Shown piece by piece: positions 46,338 to 57,355 of a stretch of 64,000 bases of DNA. Position 1 is the stretch's first letter, and the number at the start of each line of letters is the position of its first letter. Where the stretch lies: contig CAVSMN010000012.1 in NCBI GenBank assembly GCA_963729045.1, positions 1 to 64,000 on the forward strand, in the 5' to 3' direction. Under the pieces are notes generated by a model. The model saw nothing but the letters and a program-made list of their open reading frames with translations. It ran no database searches and had not been told where the DNA came from. Source of the stretch: an uncultured Nitrososphaeraceae archaeon. Lineage in GTDB: Archaea; Thermoproteota; Nitrososphaeria; Nitrososphaerales; Nitrososphaeraceae. The position numbers were made by a program, and so were the translations under genes.

Positions 46338-46544
46338 TTATCTATATTCAGCTGGAGCAGTCGCATTAGACATGTTAGTACCTAAATTCGATGTCAAATT
46401 GCCAGTTAGGCCTGGTTCGATTGCTGTTCCTGTTTGATTATTGTCAATTGGCTGTTCTATTGCTAATGCAGGGACCAGAATTCCGCCAAACGTAGTGATG
46501 GATACAATAACTCCTATCAATGCAAAAACATTCAAAATCCTCAT
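46338..46544 (-). CDS. Small secreted protein
   Basis: Signal peptide ending PALA; N/T-rich with N-x-T/S sequons. Confidence 0.55.
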   Translation of the reverse strand: MRILNVFALIGVIVSITTFGGILVPALAIEQPIDNNQTGTAIEPGLTGNLTSNLGTNMSNATAPAEYR

Positions 46545-46770
46545 AGAATTATAGGATCAGCATATTATATAACATACATACTCCTATTATCTTCATTTTT
46601 CGTAAACCCCTCCTATGATATGATCTGAGGATTTCATATGATAAATTCTAGTGCTTTGGGATGTCTCCTGCGCTCCTCTAATAATTATTGTCCATAACTG
46701 TACATTTTTTATTTCGTCTGTACTCATACGACCTAGAATATTGTTTGCAAATAATTGCAATTGAAACTTA

Positions 46771-46971
46771 ATGTTTAATTCTCTTCAACTAAACCTGCTT
46801 ATATTGGGTTGTAAAGGACTGTGCGTAAGATACGATAGAGTAGGCGGAGGAAAAGAATCTGTTTATGCTTTGGGATATAAACGGTGCTCAGGATGCAGTT
46901 TATACATTAAATTTAGCGGTACCCGCTGTCCATGTTGTAATTATCCTCTGCGAACTAAAAAGAGAAATTAA
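46771..46971 (+). CDS. Small Cys-rich zinc-ribbon protein
   Basis: CKGLC...KRCSGC...RCPCCNYPLRTK. Confidence 0.65.
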   Translation: MFNSLQLNLLILGCKGLCVRYDRVGGGKESVYALGYKRCSGCSLYIKFSGTRCPCCNYPLRTKKRN

Positions 46972-47035
46972 TAAGTCAAGTGCTAGATCTAAACAAACAA
47001 AGGATATTATTATATTACTGGGAAAATTCTTTTGG

Positions 47036-47587
47036 ATGCATGACATTGGTAATTCGAGTTCGGGCGAATCCAAAAAAACTGCTACCATGACGTTTAGGAT
47101 CGACGAAAATGTATTAAATGTCTTGAGGGCCGAATCGGATAGAAGTCAAATTACCTTAAACAGTCTAGTAAACCAGCTCCTCAAACGCTATGTTGACTGG
47201 GATATGTTCGAACCAAAAGTTGGTATGATTCCAATAGCAAAGCCAATAGTGGTTGAATTATTTAAAAAGATGAGTAAGGAGGAGATATCGAATATGGCTG
47301 TGAATATCGGTAAGGATGTCGTTCATGACATCGCACTTTTTATGAAGAACCGTATGGACCTTGAATCATTTCTTTCATGGTTTGAAACAAGAATGGCTAG
47401 TTCATTGACTGAAACTAATCACACGGTGCAAGATGGTTATAATGTCTACGTTTTAAAGCATGAACTTGGGGAAAATTGGTCATTATATCATAAAATTATA
47501 TTAGAATTAATGTTCAATGAAATATTCAATATGAAAGTAGATATTACGATAAGCAGTACAACAATTAGATTCAAGTTTAGAAGTTAA
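47036..47587 (+). CDS. Ribbon-helix-helix regulator-like protein
   Basis: TMTFRIDENVLNVLRAESDRSQITLNSLVNQLLKRY RHH pattern followed by an alpha/beta domain; ATG 47036 is preferred over the track start. Confidence 0.7.
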   Translation: MHDIGNSSSGESKKTATMTFRIDENVLNVLRAESDRSQITLNSLVNQLLKRYVDWDMFEPKVGMIPIAKPIVVELFKKMSKEEISNMAVNIGKDVVHDIALFMKNRMDLESFLSWFETRMASSLTETNHTVQDGYNVYVLKHELGENWSLYHKIILELMFNEIFNMKVDITISSTTIRFKFRS

Positions 47588-47993
47588 ATAGCCAAAACCG
47601 CCAACCATTTTAATGTTTTCTGATAATCAACTTTATGATATCTGTAGTTTATATAATTACTGACAGTATCGTTGATCATCCCATCTTAATTAACTATTTC
47701 AAAGAATTTATAGAAAACAAGCAAATAATGAATCAATCTCAGAATCCAGATCCAGTAATGTCATACTGACATTTTGAAATTGAATCTAATATGCGATGTT
47801 CACAATAAGTATACTTTAAGGTGGAGTATGTGTTTTTATGAAGCTTGGAATTCGCTTCCAATCATCTTATTGTTTTACAAATCCTCATTTCTTACAAAAA
47901 GTACGTTACCAAATTATACAATAATATTCTATAACTTTTTTACTAATAAATATTCTATAAATCTCTATATAGTTTTTTACATAGAATAATTAG

Positions 47994-48446
47994 ATGAATA
48001 ACAAATCGTTTGCAAATAAAGCTATAATTACGACAACCGCACTGGCAATCTCATTCATACTTTTGATGGGACCTACATCGATGACACTAGATGTTTTTGC
48101 TCAAGGCAACTCACTTAACCAAGGAATCGGCCAATCACAGGCTTCAACCCAATTAGGAATTTGTGTATCAGGCGACGGAACTCTAATTTCATGTAACAAC
48201 CTTAGCTTACAAAACCAAGAAAATGAAGGAAACAATGTAGCAGCACAAAGCGGAGGAAATGGTAATGGTAATGACCACGATGACGATAACGGCGGCAACA
48301 GCGCCAACCAAGGAATCGGCCAATCACAAGACTCTGATCAAAGAAGTGGAGTAGTCTCTGGTGACGATTCAGATAGGATCAGTAACAACGTAAACGTACA
48401 AAACCAAGAAAATGAAGGAAACAATGTAGCAGGACAACAAGATTAA
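47994..48446 (+). CDS. Secreted N/Q/G-rich repeat protein (two units)
   Basis: Signal peptide; two copies of NQGIGQSQ...VSG...NN...QNQENEGNNVA.Q with a 189-bp DNA period. Confidence 0.8.
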   Translation: MNNKSFANKAIITTTALAISFILLMGPTSMTLDVFAQGNSLNQGIGQSQASTQLGICVSGDGTLISCNNLSLQNQENEGNNVAAQSGGNGNGNDHDDDNGGNSANQGIGQSQDSDQRSGVVSGDDSDRISNNVNVQNQENEGNNVAGQQD

Positions 48447-48897
48447 CCACTAAAATAACCCTACATTTTTTATTTTTTTCTGAAATATTAATTTAAAGTA
48501 TACAATATCATATATCCATGCCATTTCTAATGGAATGTAAAGGTTGTCGGTAACAATTAGATGGAAATCTGATAAAATATTATTAATTAATAAACAATTA
48601 TTTCCCTCATAAAAAAGATGCTACTAATTGATCTGAAGTCATTGTACCTTATTTAAAAGACTTAATCATTGTCAAATGGGAAGAAAGTTTTGATATCAAA
48701 ATGCTCAATATGATTGGTTGTTTGATGTGCGCGTTCAATTCGTTTGAACAATTCTGATTTCTGGCTCTAGTTTCCGAAAAAGTCTGTTACTTCAGAAAAA
48801 AGGGTTGTTCTTTTGTTTTTCGCCTACTCAACGAAATGTTCATCCTTTATTGTGAAGCATTTGTATATGATGGTTTAGATATCATATTTAAGGAAAT

Positions 48898-50316
48898 TTG
48901 AATTACAAATGGTTAGCATTAAGTAATACAACTATTGGTACCCTCATGGCATCTCTTGATAGGAATATAATAATAATAGCTCTTCCATCAATTGCCAGCG
49001 AATTACACACCTCTCTTATTACACTCGTCTGGATAGCAATTGGGTATTGGGTAGTAACGGCTTCAATGTTATTGACCTTTGGTAGACTTGCTGATATGTT
49101 TGGGAGAGTCAAATTGTATAATCTAGGATTTGCATTGTTTACAATTGGCTCCGGACTTTGTTGTGTGTCTCAAACAGGAGAACAATTGATTGTTTTTCGG
49201 ATTATCCAAGCATTTGGAGCCGCTTTTATTTTTTCAAACAGCTCCGCCATTCTGTCGGACGCATTCCCAGAGTCTGAGAGGGGAAAAGCTTTGGGAATAA
49301 ATCAAATATCTATTGTAGTAGGGTCAATCATGGGCTTAGTCATCGGTGGGGCTTTAACGTCATATTTTGGATGGAGATCTATATTCTGGGTAAATATTCC
49401 TATAGGAATATTTGCTACGTTATGGGCATTCTCAAAACTAAAAGAATTAGGAACAATAAAAAAGGAAAAAATTGACTGGCTGGGAAATTTGTTGTTTGCT
49501 GGGGGATTGGTAGTCCTGTTAGTTGGAATCACTTTCGGCTCTTTTCATCTTTTAAACATATTTGAAATTACCTTGTTTATATCGGGTGGGATCTCTTTGT
49601 TAGTACTATTTTATATGAATGAGAAAAAAGTGAGTTTCCCAATGATGGACCTCACCTTATTTAGGCTTAGACTCTTTACCAGTAGTAATATTGCGATTTT
49701 CTTTAATTCCCTTGCTCGTGGAGCCTTCACTTTCGTGATGGTGTTTTACCTTCAGGGACCAACGATGCTCCTAAACCCATTAGATTCGGGCATTTATCTG
49801 ATTCCAGTCTCCCTTTCATTGGCGATAGTTGCTCCAATAACTGGTTGGTTTTTTGATAAATATAGGTCTCAAATTATCTCTCAGACAGGATTGATAATTT
49901 CTGCAATAGGTTTTATTTTGTTGACTGCTATGGGATCAAGGATTTCATACGTAGATGCTATACTGCCACTTGCACTCATAGGAGCAGGAATGGGTATATT
50001 TACGTCACCTAATCGAGCCACCATAATGAACTCAGTACCTCCAAATAGAAGAGGAGTAGCAGCCGGTATCAGCACTACACTGGTCATGACTGGAAGTGCA
50101 TTTAGTATCGGATTGGTTTTTTTGATATTTTCCGCTTTGCTACCCTCGGAGTCTGTCGATGTCATCTTTTCAGGTTCTACTGACTACGCAAGTCATAATT
50201 CAATTCAATTCAATGACACCAACATAGACAAATTTATTTTATCTATTCACGTAATATTCATAGTTTCTGCTCTATTGATGATATCTTCAGTATTGATTCA
50301 GCGTAAAATGAAATGA
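48898..50316 (+). CDS. MFS drug:H+ antiporter, DHA2/EmrB-like
   Basis: GRLADMFGRVK, FRIIQAFGAA, ERGKALG, GWRSIFWVNIPIG. Confidence 0.92.
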   Translation: MNYKWLALSNTTIGTLMASLDRNIIIIALPSIASELHTSLITLVWIAIGYWVVTASMLLTFGRLADMFGRVKLYNLGFALFTIGSGLCCVSQTGEQLIVFRIIQAFGAAFIFSNSSAILSDAFPESERGKALGINQISIVVGSIMGLVIGGALTSYFGWRSIFWVNIPIGIFATLWAFSKLKELGTIKKEKIDWLGNLLFAGGLVVLLVGITFGSFHLLNIFEITLFISGGISLLVLFYMNEKKVSFPMMDLTLFRLRLFTSSNIAIFFNSLARGAFTFVMVFYLQGPTMLLNPLDSGIYLIPVSLSLAIVAPITGWFFDKYRSQIISQTGLIISAIGFILLTAMGSRISYVDAILPLALIGAGMGIFTSPNRATIMNSVPPNRRGVAAGISTTLVMTGSAFSIGLVFLIFSALLPSESVDVIFSGSTDYASHNSIQFNDTNIDKFILSIHVIFIVSALLMISSVLIQRKMK

Positions 50317-50592
50317 GCGAATCTGGAGCAAAACTTGTTTCTTTTTCATTTATTTTAAGATGGATACGGCCTAGTGCGCTCTTATTTTCTAGATTAACGA
50401 TTATTAGTAACCTATTCTAATTAGATCTAACTATACTATTTATATTAGACGACATCCATTAATCTACCTAGTGATAAAAAAATTATCATCAAAAACAAAT
50501 GAGAATTCGCAGATCTATTTGTTAAAACCTTTTTGCTTTTCTGATGCACCGGTTATTTCCCACTGGTTATCATTAAAGGAGGGGTTTTCTAA

Positions 50593-51552
50593 ATAATACC
50601 GTTTGATTATGAGAATGAAAACATAATCATAAATGCAGTTGAAAAAGTCAACAAAGATGTAGTAAATATAGCCAGCGTAAGAATGGTCAAAGATCAATTA
50701 TTACGAATATTTCCTGTAGAAGGGGTAGGTTCGGGAGTAATAATAGATAAGAAAGGTTACATATTGACAAATAATCATGTCATTGAGAAGGCAAACAAGT
50801 TAAAAGTTACAACCACCGACGGAAACATTTATGACGGAATGGTAGTTGGAACAGACCCTATTACTGATTTAGCTATAATCAAGATCGAATCCAAAGATGC
50901 GTTATCTTACGCGGAATTAGGCAATTCAGATGAATTGAAAATAGGACAAATAGTAATTGCGATCGGGAATCCTTTTGGTTTGGATGGGGGTCCATCCGTT
51001 ACCGCAGGAATTATTAGCTCTTTAAGCAGAAAATTGCAGTTTGAGCGAGGTATTATGGAGCTTGTTCAAACTGATGCATCGATCAATCCTGGTAATTCAG
51101 GGGGTCCACTCATAAATACCAAAGGGCAAGTGATTGGAATAAATACTGCGAAAATGCCCTATGCACAAGGTATAGGATTTGCAGTGCCGATAAATGTTGC
51201 AAAGTTGATAATAAATGATTTAATAATGAATGGACGCGTTACCAATAGGCCATGGATAGGTATTTCCACAATAAAGATTACAAGTGAATTGGCAAATTCT
51301 TATGGACTACCAACCAACCAGGGATCTTTAATCGCAGAGGTACAAAGAGATGGTCCCGCTTACATTGCCGATTTGCGTAAAGGAGATATTATTGAATCAG
51401 TAGATGGGATAAAAATAATTGATCCATATCAGATTTCTAACCATATCCGAAAAAGGAACATTAAAGACCGAATAATTATTCAAATCAATAGATATGGAAA
51501 AAAAATGGATAAGGAAATCCAATTAATGCCTCATCCCACAAATCTTAATTAA
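50593..51552 (+). CDS. htrA: HtrA/DegP serine protease with PDZ domain
   Basis: TNNHVI, DLAIIK, GNSGGPL triad and PDZ; frame open upstream of ATG 50683 to 50593 (IIPFDYENENIIINAVEKVNKDVVNIAS). Confidence 0.9.
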   Translation: MIPFDYENENIIINAVEKVNKDVVNIASVRMVKDQLLRIFPVEGVGSGVIIDKKGYILTNNHVIEKANKLKVTTTDGNIYDGMVVGTDPITDLAIIKIESKDALSYAELGNSDELKIGQIVIAIGNPFGLDGGPSVTAGIISSLSRKLQFERGIMELVQTDASINPGNSGGPLINTKGQVIGINTAKMPYAQGIGFAVPINVAKLIINDLIMNGRVTNRPWIGISTIKITSELANSYGLPTNQGSLIAEVQRDGPAYIADLRKGDIIESVDGIKIIDPYQISNHIRKRNIKDRIIIQINRYGKKMDKEIQLMPHPTNLN

Positions 51553-51787
51553 ATAGTTCCTAGAGTAACGTTTTCTGGCTTAGCTGCAGCAAGACCATAC
51601 CAGACCAATTCTATTTTAGATACACATATGCCCATATCCATATTTTTGATATATTCTTCAGATGAATTTGTTCGATACTAGTAGGAGGTTCTTATTCACA
51701 TAGAGTTACTAGATTGCTGTTGACCAATACTAAATATACTTCAAAATAAAACACAAGAATTTGTCTTGTCTATTCCTCATTTATCAT

Positions 51788-52393
51788 CTATTGTAAACCG
51801 TGCTCCAAGTCTTCAAAGAATGCTATTTTAGATAGTGGTTTTCTCTCCCTGGGTTTTGTATTTTTGACTTTGAATTTTTCTGGTAAGCTATCATTCGTAC
51901 CTTGATATCCTATGGCTATCATAATTCCCACTTCATAATCGTCAGGTATCTTGAATACCTCTTTTGCTAATGTTATGTTAAATCCGCCCATCTCATGCAT
52001 AATCAAACCTTGATTAAAACTTTCCAAGAACATATTCTCATTTGCAGCTCCTAGGTCATGAAAATAAAGTCTATTTGGATCTTGACTTTCTGTATAGGTT
52101 TTTTTTGTGATGGCGCAAATCAATATAGGTGCTTGTTTTGCAAATGAATTTGATTCAAGTAGCACAGATTGAGCCTCAAATAATTTACTGGGATTGTCAC
52201 TAGTAAAAACAATGTAACGCCAGGGTTGTTCGTTTCTAGAAGATGGTGTCCACCTTGCTGCCTCTAGGATCGAAAAAAGTTTTGTTTTCTCCACCTTTCT
52301 TGTCGAAAATGCACGAGCACTCCATCTTTTTCTTAATAGATCATGAATAGGATAATCAGTTATCGCATGATTATCTATAATGCCCTTTTCCAA
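51788..52393 (-). CDS. Nitroreductase family protein
   Basis: KRWSARAF, AARWTPSSRNEQPWRY, HEMGGF, IAIGY, RERKPL. Confidence 0.92.
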   Translation of the reverse strand: MEKGIIDNHAITDYPIHDLLRKRWSARAFSTRKVEKTKLFSILEAARWTPSSRNEQPWRYIVFTSDNPSKLFEAQSVLLESNSFAKQAPILICAITKKTYTESQDPNRLYFHDLGAANENMFLESFNQGLIMHEMGGFNITLAKEVFKIPDDYEVGIMIAIGYQGTNDSLPEKFKVKNTKPRERKPLSKIAFFEDLEHGLQ

Positions 52394-52540
52394 ATTCGAT
52401 CAATAAATAAATCCATAATTCACTAATTAAAGTTCTTAACTGGTCCTACTGTTTGAAGGGTACTGTGAATAGACCATGATAAATCTCATGACCTAATTCT
52501 TCATTATTACTTTCTGGAAATTGTGGTTTTCCTTCTTTTA

Positions 52541-52978
52541 TTATTTGTTAATTTTCTTACTTGTTACTCCATCTTCTTCAATTTCTTGATCAGCTTGTTG
52601 GTTTCTTATGTTCAATTTTGCAACCCGGGGGGTGGCCATGGCAAATTGAACATGAAAACAAGTAGATGACTGACAGAGCGAACAACGTAATTTTTCCTCA
52701 TTAAAATGGATTTCCGTAACCTTATTTTCTTTAGAGTCTTTAATGTAAAGAGTGTCCCTAGTGCACCCCTCCTCTGACAAGAAAGGGGCATAGTGTCTCA
52801 AAAATTCATCCTTTTCTAGTATCTCATGTAGTAACTCGTTTACAAATCCTCCAAAGTGTTCATTAATATAGGGATTTCTTTCTCTTTCCCTCTTCCATTT
52901 ACTTCTTAACTCTTTTACAATGTTAACTCTTAAAGTAATCAATTCAGCAGAATTTGATCTAGGCATCTTTCTAGTCAT
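52541..52978 (-). CDS. Hypothetical protein with SWIM-like zinc finger
   Basis: LRCSLCQSSTCFHVQFA; RHH-like N-terminus. Confidence 0.7.
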   Translation of the reverse strand: MTRKMPRSNSAELITLRVNIVKELRSKWKRERERNPYINEHFGGFVNELLHEILEKDEFLRHYAPFLSEEGCTRDTLYIKDSKENKVTEIHFNEEKLRCSLCQSSTCFHVQFAMATPRVAKLNIRNQQADQEIEEDGVTSKKINK

Positions 52979-53124
52979 GATACACGCAAGCGATATATAA
53001 CTTTAATAATCAATGAAGTACAGTAAATACAGTATATTATGCAGTGTAAGATGAGTTAGTTTCCATACCTTTTTCTTTATATCCTGGTGTCTAAACAGAT
53101 GAAATTAAATACCTAAAGATTTCT

Positions 53125-53754
53125 TTGTTAATAATGCATACTAAGCTTGTTATTTTTGGTATCCTTCCTTTATCATTATTGCTATTATTGATGGGAACAA
53201 TGAACTTTCAACAAGCATATGTCGAAGCACAATCAAATTCGACCCAAACATTCACTTCCCCCAACAATACATTTAATCTCAATTATCCATTAGACTGGGA
53301 AATAGCTCCAAGAAATTCTAGTTTCCCATATTATGGAGAAACTACAGCATTAGTCCTTCGACCAATAATGGACGAGCCTGTCACTCCATTAAATGAAACA
53401 TTTTTTAGTATTTCTGTTAGCGATGTAAAGAGGTTGCTAGAAGATAATAAGTCATTACCAGCAGAGTTCCTAGACAAATTAGTCGCTGATAAGATAAATT
53501 CTTTTGAAGATCCATCTTCAATATATGGAAACTTGAATGTAAAACTGCTTGGAAATAACTACACCAGACTTGGTGATCAGCCTGCCAAAGAGTTGACCTT
53601 CCTTACCCAAAATCTCGGAACCTTCGAAGTCGATACATATGCTATCTATAATGACCAATTGTATCATGTCAATTTCATGGGTCCACAGTCAAAAGTGTCC
53701 GAAATGTATAAAGAGTTTCAACAAATTAAAGATTCATTTAGATTCTTACCATAG
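53125..53754 (+). CDS. Secreted PsbP-like domain protein
   Basis: Signal peptide; FNLNYPLDW, TRLGDQPAKELTF, FQQIKDSFRF. Confidence 0.75.
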   Translation: MLIMHTKLVIFGILPLSLLLLLMGTMNFQQAYVEAQSNSTQTFTSPNNTFNLNYPLDWEIAPRNSSFPYYGETTALVLRPIMDEPVTPLNETFFSISVSDVKRLLEDNKSLPAEFLDKLVADKINSFEDPSSIYGNLNVKLLGNNYTRLGDQPAKELTFLTQNLGTFEVDTYAIYNDQLYHVNFMGPQSKVSEMYKEFQQIKDSFRFLP

Positions 53755-53789
53755 GATTCTATCTATGAGTCTCGCTAAGACCACCTTAA

Positions 53790-54627
53790 TTAGCTGCTCA
53801 TATTTTTTATCATATTGTGAAAATCTTCATCTGATACTTTGTTTTTTATTTCCATTATATGTTCTACATCTTTGCCTGCAAGATATCTCAACTTTGGATT
53901 ACTGTCGTTTATGGCATCCAGTACAACCTTAGCAACATATTCAGGGCATTCGCCACTCTCAATTAATTTTTTCATCCCATCTTCCATATTATTCATAAAT
54001 TGAAAGTAAGGTGAATTAGGGTCTTTAGATTTTTCTGCTAATACTGCAGCTTTAATGAAGTTAGTTTTGATTATCCCCGGCTCTACAAGTATAGTTCTAA
54101 TCCCAAATGGTTCAAGTTCATAGGAAATGGATTCAGTTAATCCTTCTATAGCAAATTTTGAACTTGCATAGGCTGAGCTTGTTGCGATGCCAAAACGGCC
54201 AAGTCCTGAACTTATATTGACAATTATTCCAGCACCTCTGATTTCTCATTATGGGTAACACTGCCTGTGTAGCCCGTATCAATCCAAAATAATTTGTGTC
54301 AAATTGTAACTTTATTTCATTTATTAAAAGATCTTCGAAAGCTCCACTCAAACCATATCCTGCATTATTGACAAGAATGTCTATTTTATTAGCCTCATTT
54401 ACTATAGTTTCAATGGCCTGTTTAACTGACATATCGTTTGTAACGTCAAGTTGAACACATCTTAAGGGAATTTTTTCTTTATCTGCAATAGATCTCAGAG
54501 TTGAACTTTTCTGTAAATCCCTCATCGTTGCATATGTTATGAATCCATGTCTTGCAAGCATCAAAGATATTTCAAAACCTATTCCGCTTGAACTTCCAGT
54601 CACAATCGCAACTCTACTTTCACTCAT
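53790..54627 (-). CDS. SDR family oxidoreductase (frameshift near 54235)
   Basis: TGSSSGIG, LVNNAG; the second frame carries AYASSKFAIEG (YxxxK) and runs into ORF 53790-53996. Confidence 0.9.
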
Positions 54628-55205
54628 GAATGTATGTAAAAATTTCAAATTAATAAGTTATTCAAAAGCAAATAAGTTGACTCAACAACGTATTTAATAT
54701 CTTGGTCAACCCACGTCAAGTGTTCTAGTTGCTCATCTTGATGGAAATACCTAGCAGTAAGAACAAGTTTTTATCAATATTCCACGTGGAGTAGCCCTGT
54801 GTGCATCACTGATTATCAACAAATCTCTCTGAAACCTGAGCTAATTTGTTCATAGGTTTTGTACCAAAATTTACTCAACAGATATGTGTGTTTTCAAACT
54901 TCACTTCGGCTCTACCTTGGTATCAATTGATCAAAGGAAGAGGTTTTAAATCATCCAAAGGAGATGGATTCTTTCGAACATATCTAATTAAAGGTGATGA
55001 TCTAAAAAAAATATTATCTGAGTCATAGATTATTGATCCATCAATTGCAGAATCTATTAAATTAAAAATTCGATCAATTTTGTAACTATTGTAAGGGACT
55101 ATTATGATGACCGACAACAGTGTCTTCTTTGATAATGATACAACAATGACAACGAGAATCTAGACAACTCTTTGATTTCTTATGATTACAGATAGAACAC
55201 ATACA

Positions 55206-55259
55206 TACCTTAGATAGATCTGTATTTGTTCTTACCTTAGATAGATCTGTATTTGTTCT
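55206..55259. repeat. 27-bp perfect tandem duplication
   Basis: TACCTTAGATAGATCTGTATTTGTTCT at 55206-55232 and 55233-55259. Confidence 0.9.
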
Positions 55260-55451
55260 CATATTTATTGATTAAAGGGTGGTACCGACTATACAACGAG
55301 ATTATAATTCCTAATATAATAATGACTGTGCCAGGGAGAAAGGTTCTACCTATCATAAGAAAAATGCCTAACGCCATCATGATTATGCTTCCAATCATCA
55401 ATATGTTCATGAATTTCTCAGGCTCCCATCTGTTCTATCGTAAAGTTATTC

Positions 55452-55682
55452 TTAATTGGTAATCTCATTCTCTGGATTCACTTTCTTTTTTCTAATTTTC
55501 CTAACTTTTTCAAGGATCTGTGCTAACTGATCTTCAGAAATTTTCGAAATCCTTGAATCACACTCAATACCTTCTGCGTCCAAAACCTGTTCAGTAATTT
55601 CAACAATTTCGTTCTTATGGGTTATTTCCTCTTCTGTTAACATGTTCAAACTTGCAAATCTGAAAAAGGCGAAATCGCTCAT
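55452..55682 (-). CDS. Small hypothetical protein
   Basis: Charged helical 76-aa ORF; may start at the internal MLTEEE. Confidence 0.55.
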   Translation of the reverse strand: MSDFAFFRFASLNMLTEEEITHKNEIVEITEQVLDAEGIECDSRISKISEDQLAQILEKVRKIRKKKVNPENEITN

Positions 55683-56151
55683 GAAATAATACTATGTGTA
55701 GTACTAGTTATATTTATGGACTCAACAATGTCTGGTTCGCTGTCCTCGGTATTTGATATTTTACGCTCTAGTCCATATTACCCAGAAACCTCTTGGGCCT
55801 AAATTCTGTTGTATACTTTTAGCAGGTTAGTTGCTAGTGAAGGATTTTTTTGCAGAAAAATGGCCTTAAAGGAACAATGCTGATAATGAACGAAATAATC
55901 CACATTGCTATATTCACCGCATTATATTATCAGATCTTCTTTGAAAGCCTTTAAATCAATCTATACTACCATTTTGGTTATCCCAGAATAAGGATCATGT
56001 TGTGATTTAATTTCATGGTAGAAAATCCATTTATATTCTAATTATTACTTTGGACCCGAAAAGTTAAACTAGAAATCGGTTATTAGTTTCCTGCTGTTTC
56101 ATAATGTTTATTTATTGCGAGAATTTCAATTTAGATGGTGAATGAGATAAG

Positions 56152-56433
56152 ATGGCTGATAAAATTAAATGTTATCATATTTTAGTAAAGAAACAAAGTG
56201 AAGCATTATTGATATTAGAAAAATTGAAAAAAGGGGAAGGCTTTTCAAATCTGGCTAAGGAGTTTTCTATTGACAAAGGGAGTGGCAAAAAAGGAGGCGA
56301 CCTGGGTTTCTTTGGGAAAGGGATGATGGTCAAACCATTTGAAGAAGCAGCATTCAAGTTAAAAAAGGGAGAGGTTACAGCTGAGCCTGTAAAGACAGAA
56401 TTTGGATATCATATAATAAAACGGTCTGGATAA
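56152..56433 (+). CDS. ppiC: Parvulin-type peptidyl-prolyl isomerase
   Basis: HILVK, FSNLAKEFSID, GGDLGFF, MVKPFEEAAF, TEFGYHII. Confidence 0.95.
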   Translation: MADKIKCYHILVKKQSEALLILEKLKKGEGFSNLAKEFSIDKGSGKKGGDLGFFGKGMMVKPFEEAAFKLKKGEVTAEPVKTEFGYHIIKRSG

Positions 56434-57109
56434 TGGTAAAAAAAATTTTATGGTTTATATCCAGATGGATAAGAATTAAATAATTTTGCACTAACTAATG
56501 AGTCTTTGAAATCATAAATATCTAATCAAATGATATTGTTTTCCGGAATGCAAGTGAAATTGACTAACTATCAAGCATGGTTTGCCAATTTAATTTCTTT
56601 TTTTGATCATTTTTCTTCAATGGCAAAAAAATAGTTACAAGGTTTTCTTTTATCTCATTGATTGTTGGATCCTAAATGATTCAAGGGGGTTTATCATCAT
56701 AGGGTTTAATTATATATTGGATTTAAACCTCGGGTATTGTGCATTTTCATTGTTATCCAATTCAAACATGAACCTTATAGACTAGACCAAGGCTTTAATT
56801 TCAAATTAATAGAGAATGAAAAAAACCAACAAAAATTTGGTTTAGTCATACATAGAAACATCGGTGTGTTTGGATAATATGATTTGGGTGTGTAGAAAGG
56901 AGATTATTAAAATAAATTTGGTCCTTGAGTATCGTCTAATGCTAAAAAGATAGTTGACCACATCTAGTAATTCTGCTTTATCTCATCCAGAATTAATTAA
57001 ATTTTGATTTGGTTTGGAGATACGGTTGTTACCATGCAAGATAAGTTAATACTTTGATTTCCACCCTATGTTAGCAAGCATATGCACATGTTGTAATTTC
57101 AATTTTTAT

Positions 57110-57213
57110 TAAAAAGGTATTATTTGCATTATGACAGCAGTCCCACTTTGATAGCAATTTTACACGGGAACACGAGTACACTTGCTATCTAGCAGGGATC
57201 ATAATGCAAACAC
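57110..57213 (-). ncRNA. Candidate small RNA: 88-nt three-segment hairpin, divergent from the Cas4-like gene
   Basis: Nested inverted repeats TTTGCATTATGA/TCATAATGCAAA (57123-57134/57199-57210), TCCC/GGGA, GATAGCAA/TTGCTATC. TTTATATT at 57240-57233 on the minus strand; T5 after the stem. Confidence 0.45.
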
Positions 57214-57355
57214 GGTTTATAGCACCTCAGGTAATATAAACTGAAATATTGTTTAATAATTATCAGTAATCTTTGTCATATTAGTGATGATTAAAATATA
57301 AAAAAGATCGCTTTAATATGGGCATATCTTAACAATATTAACATTAGCAAAAGAA

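Noticed and set aside
54778..54793. TATTCCACGTGGAGTA resembling Bacillus parS
   Set aside because: Several mismatches in the outer arms, single copy, 19 kb from parB; plausible by chance.
54700..55170. Possible decayed gene around ORF 54923-55117
   Set aside because: No recognisable motif; cannot be told apart from non-coding DNA by eye.
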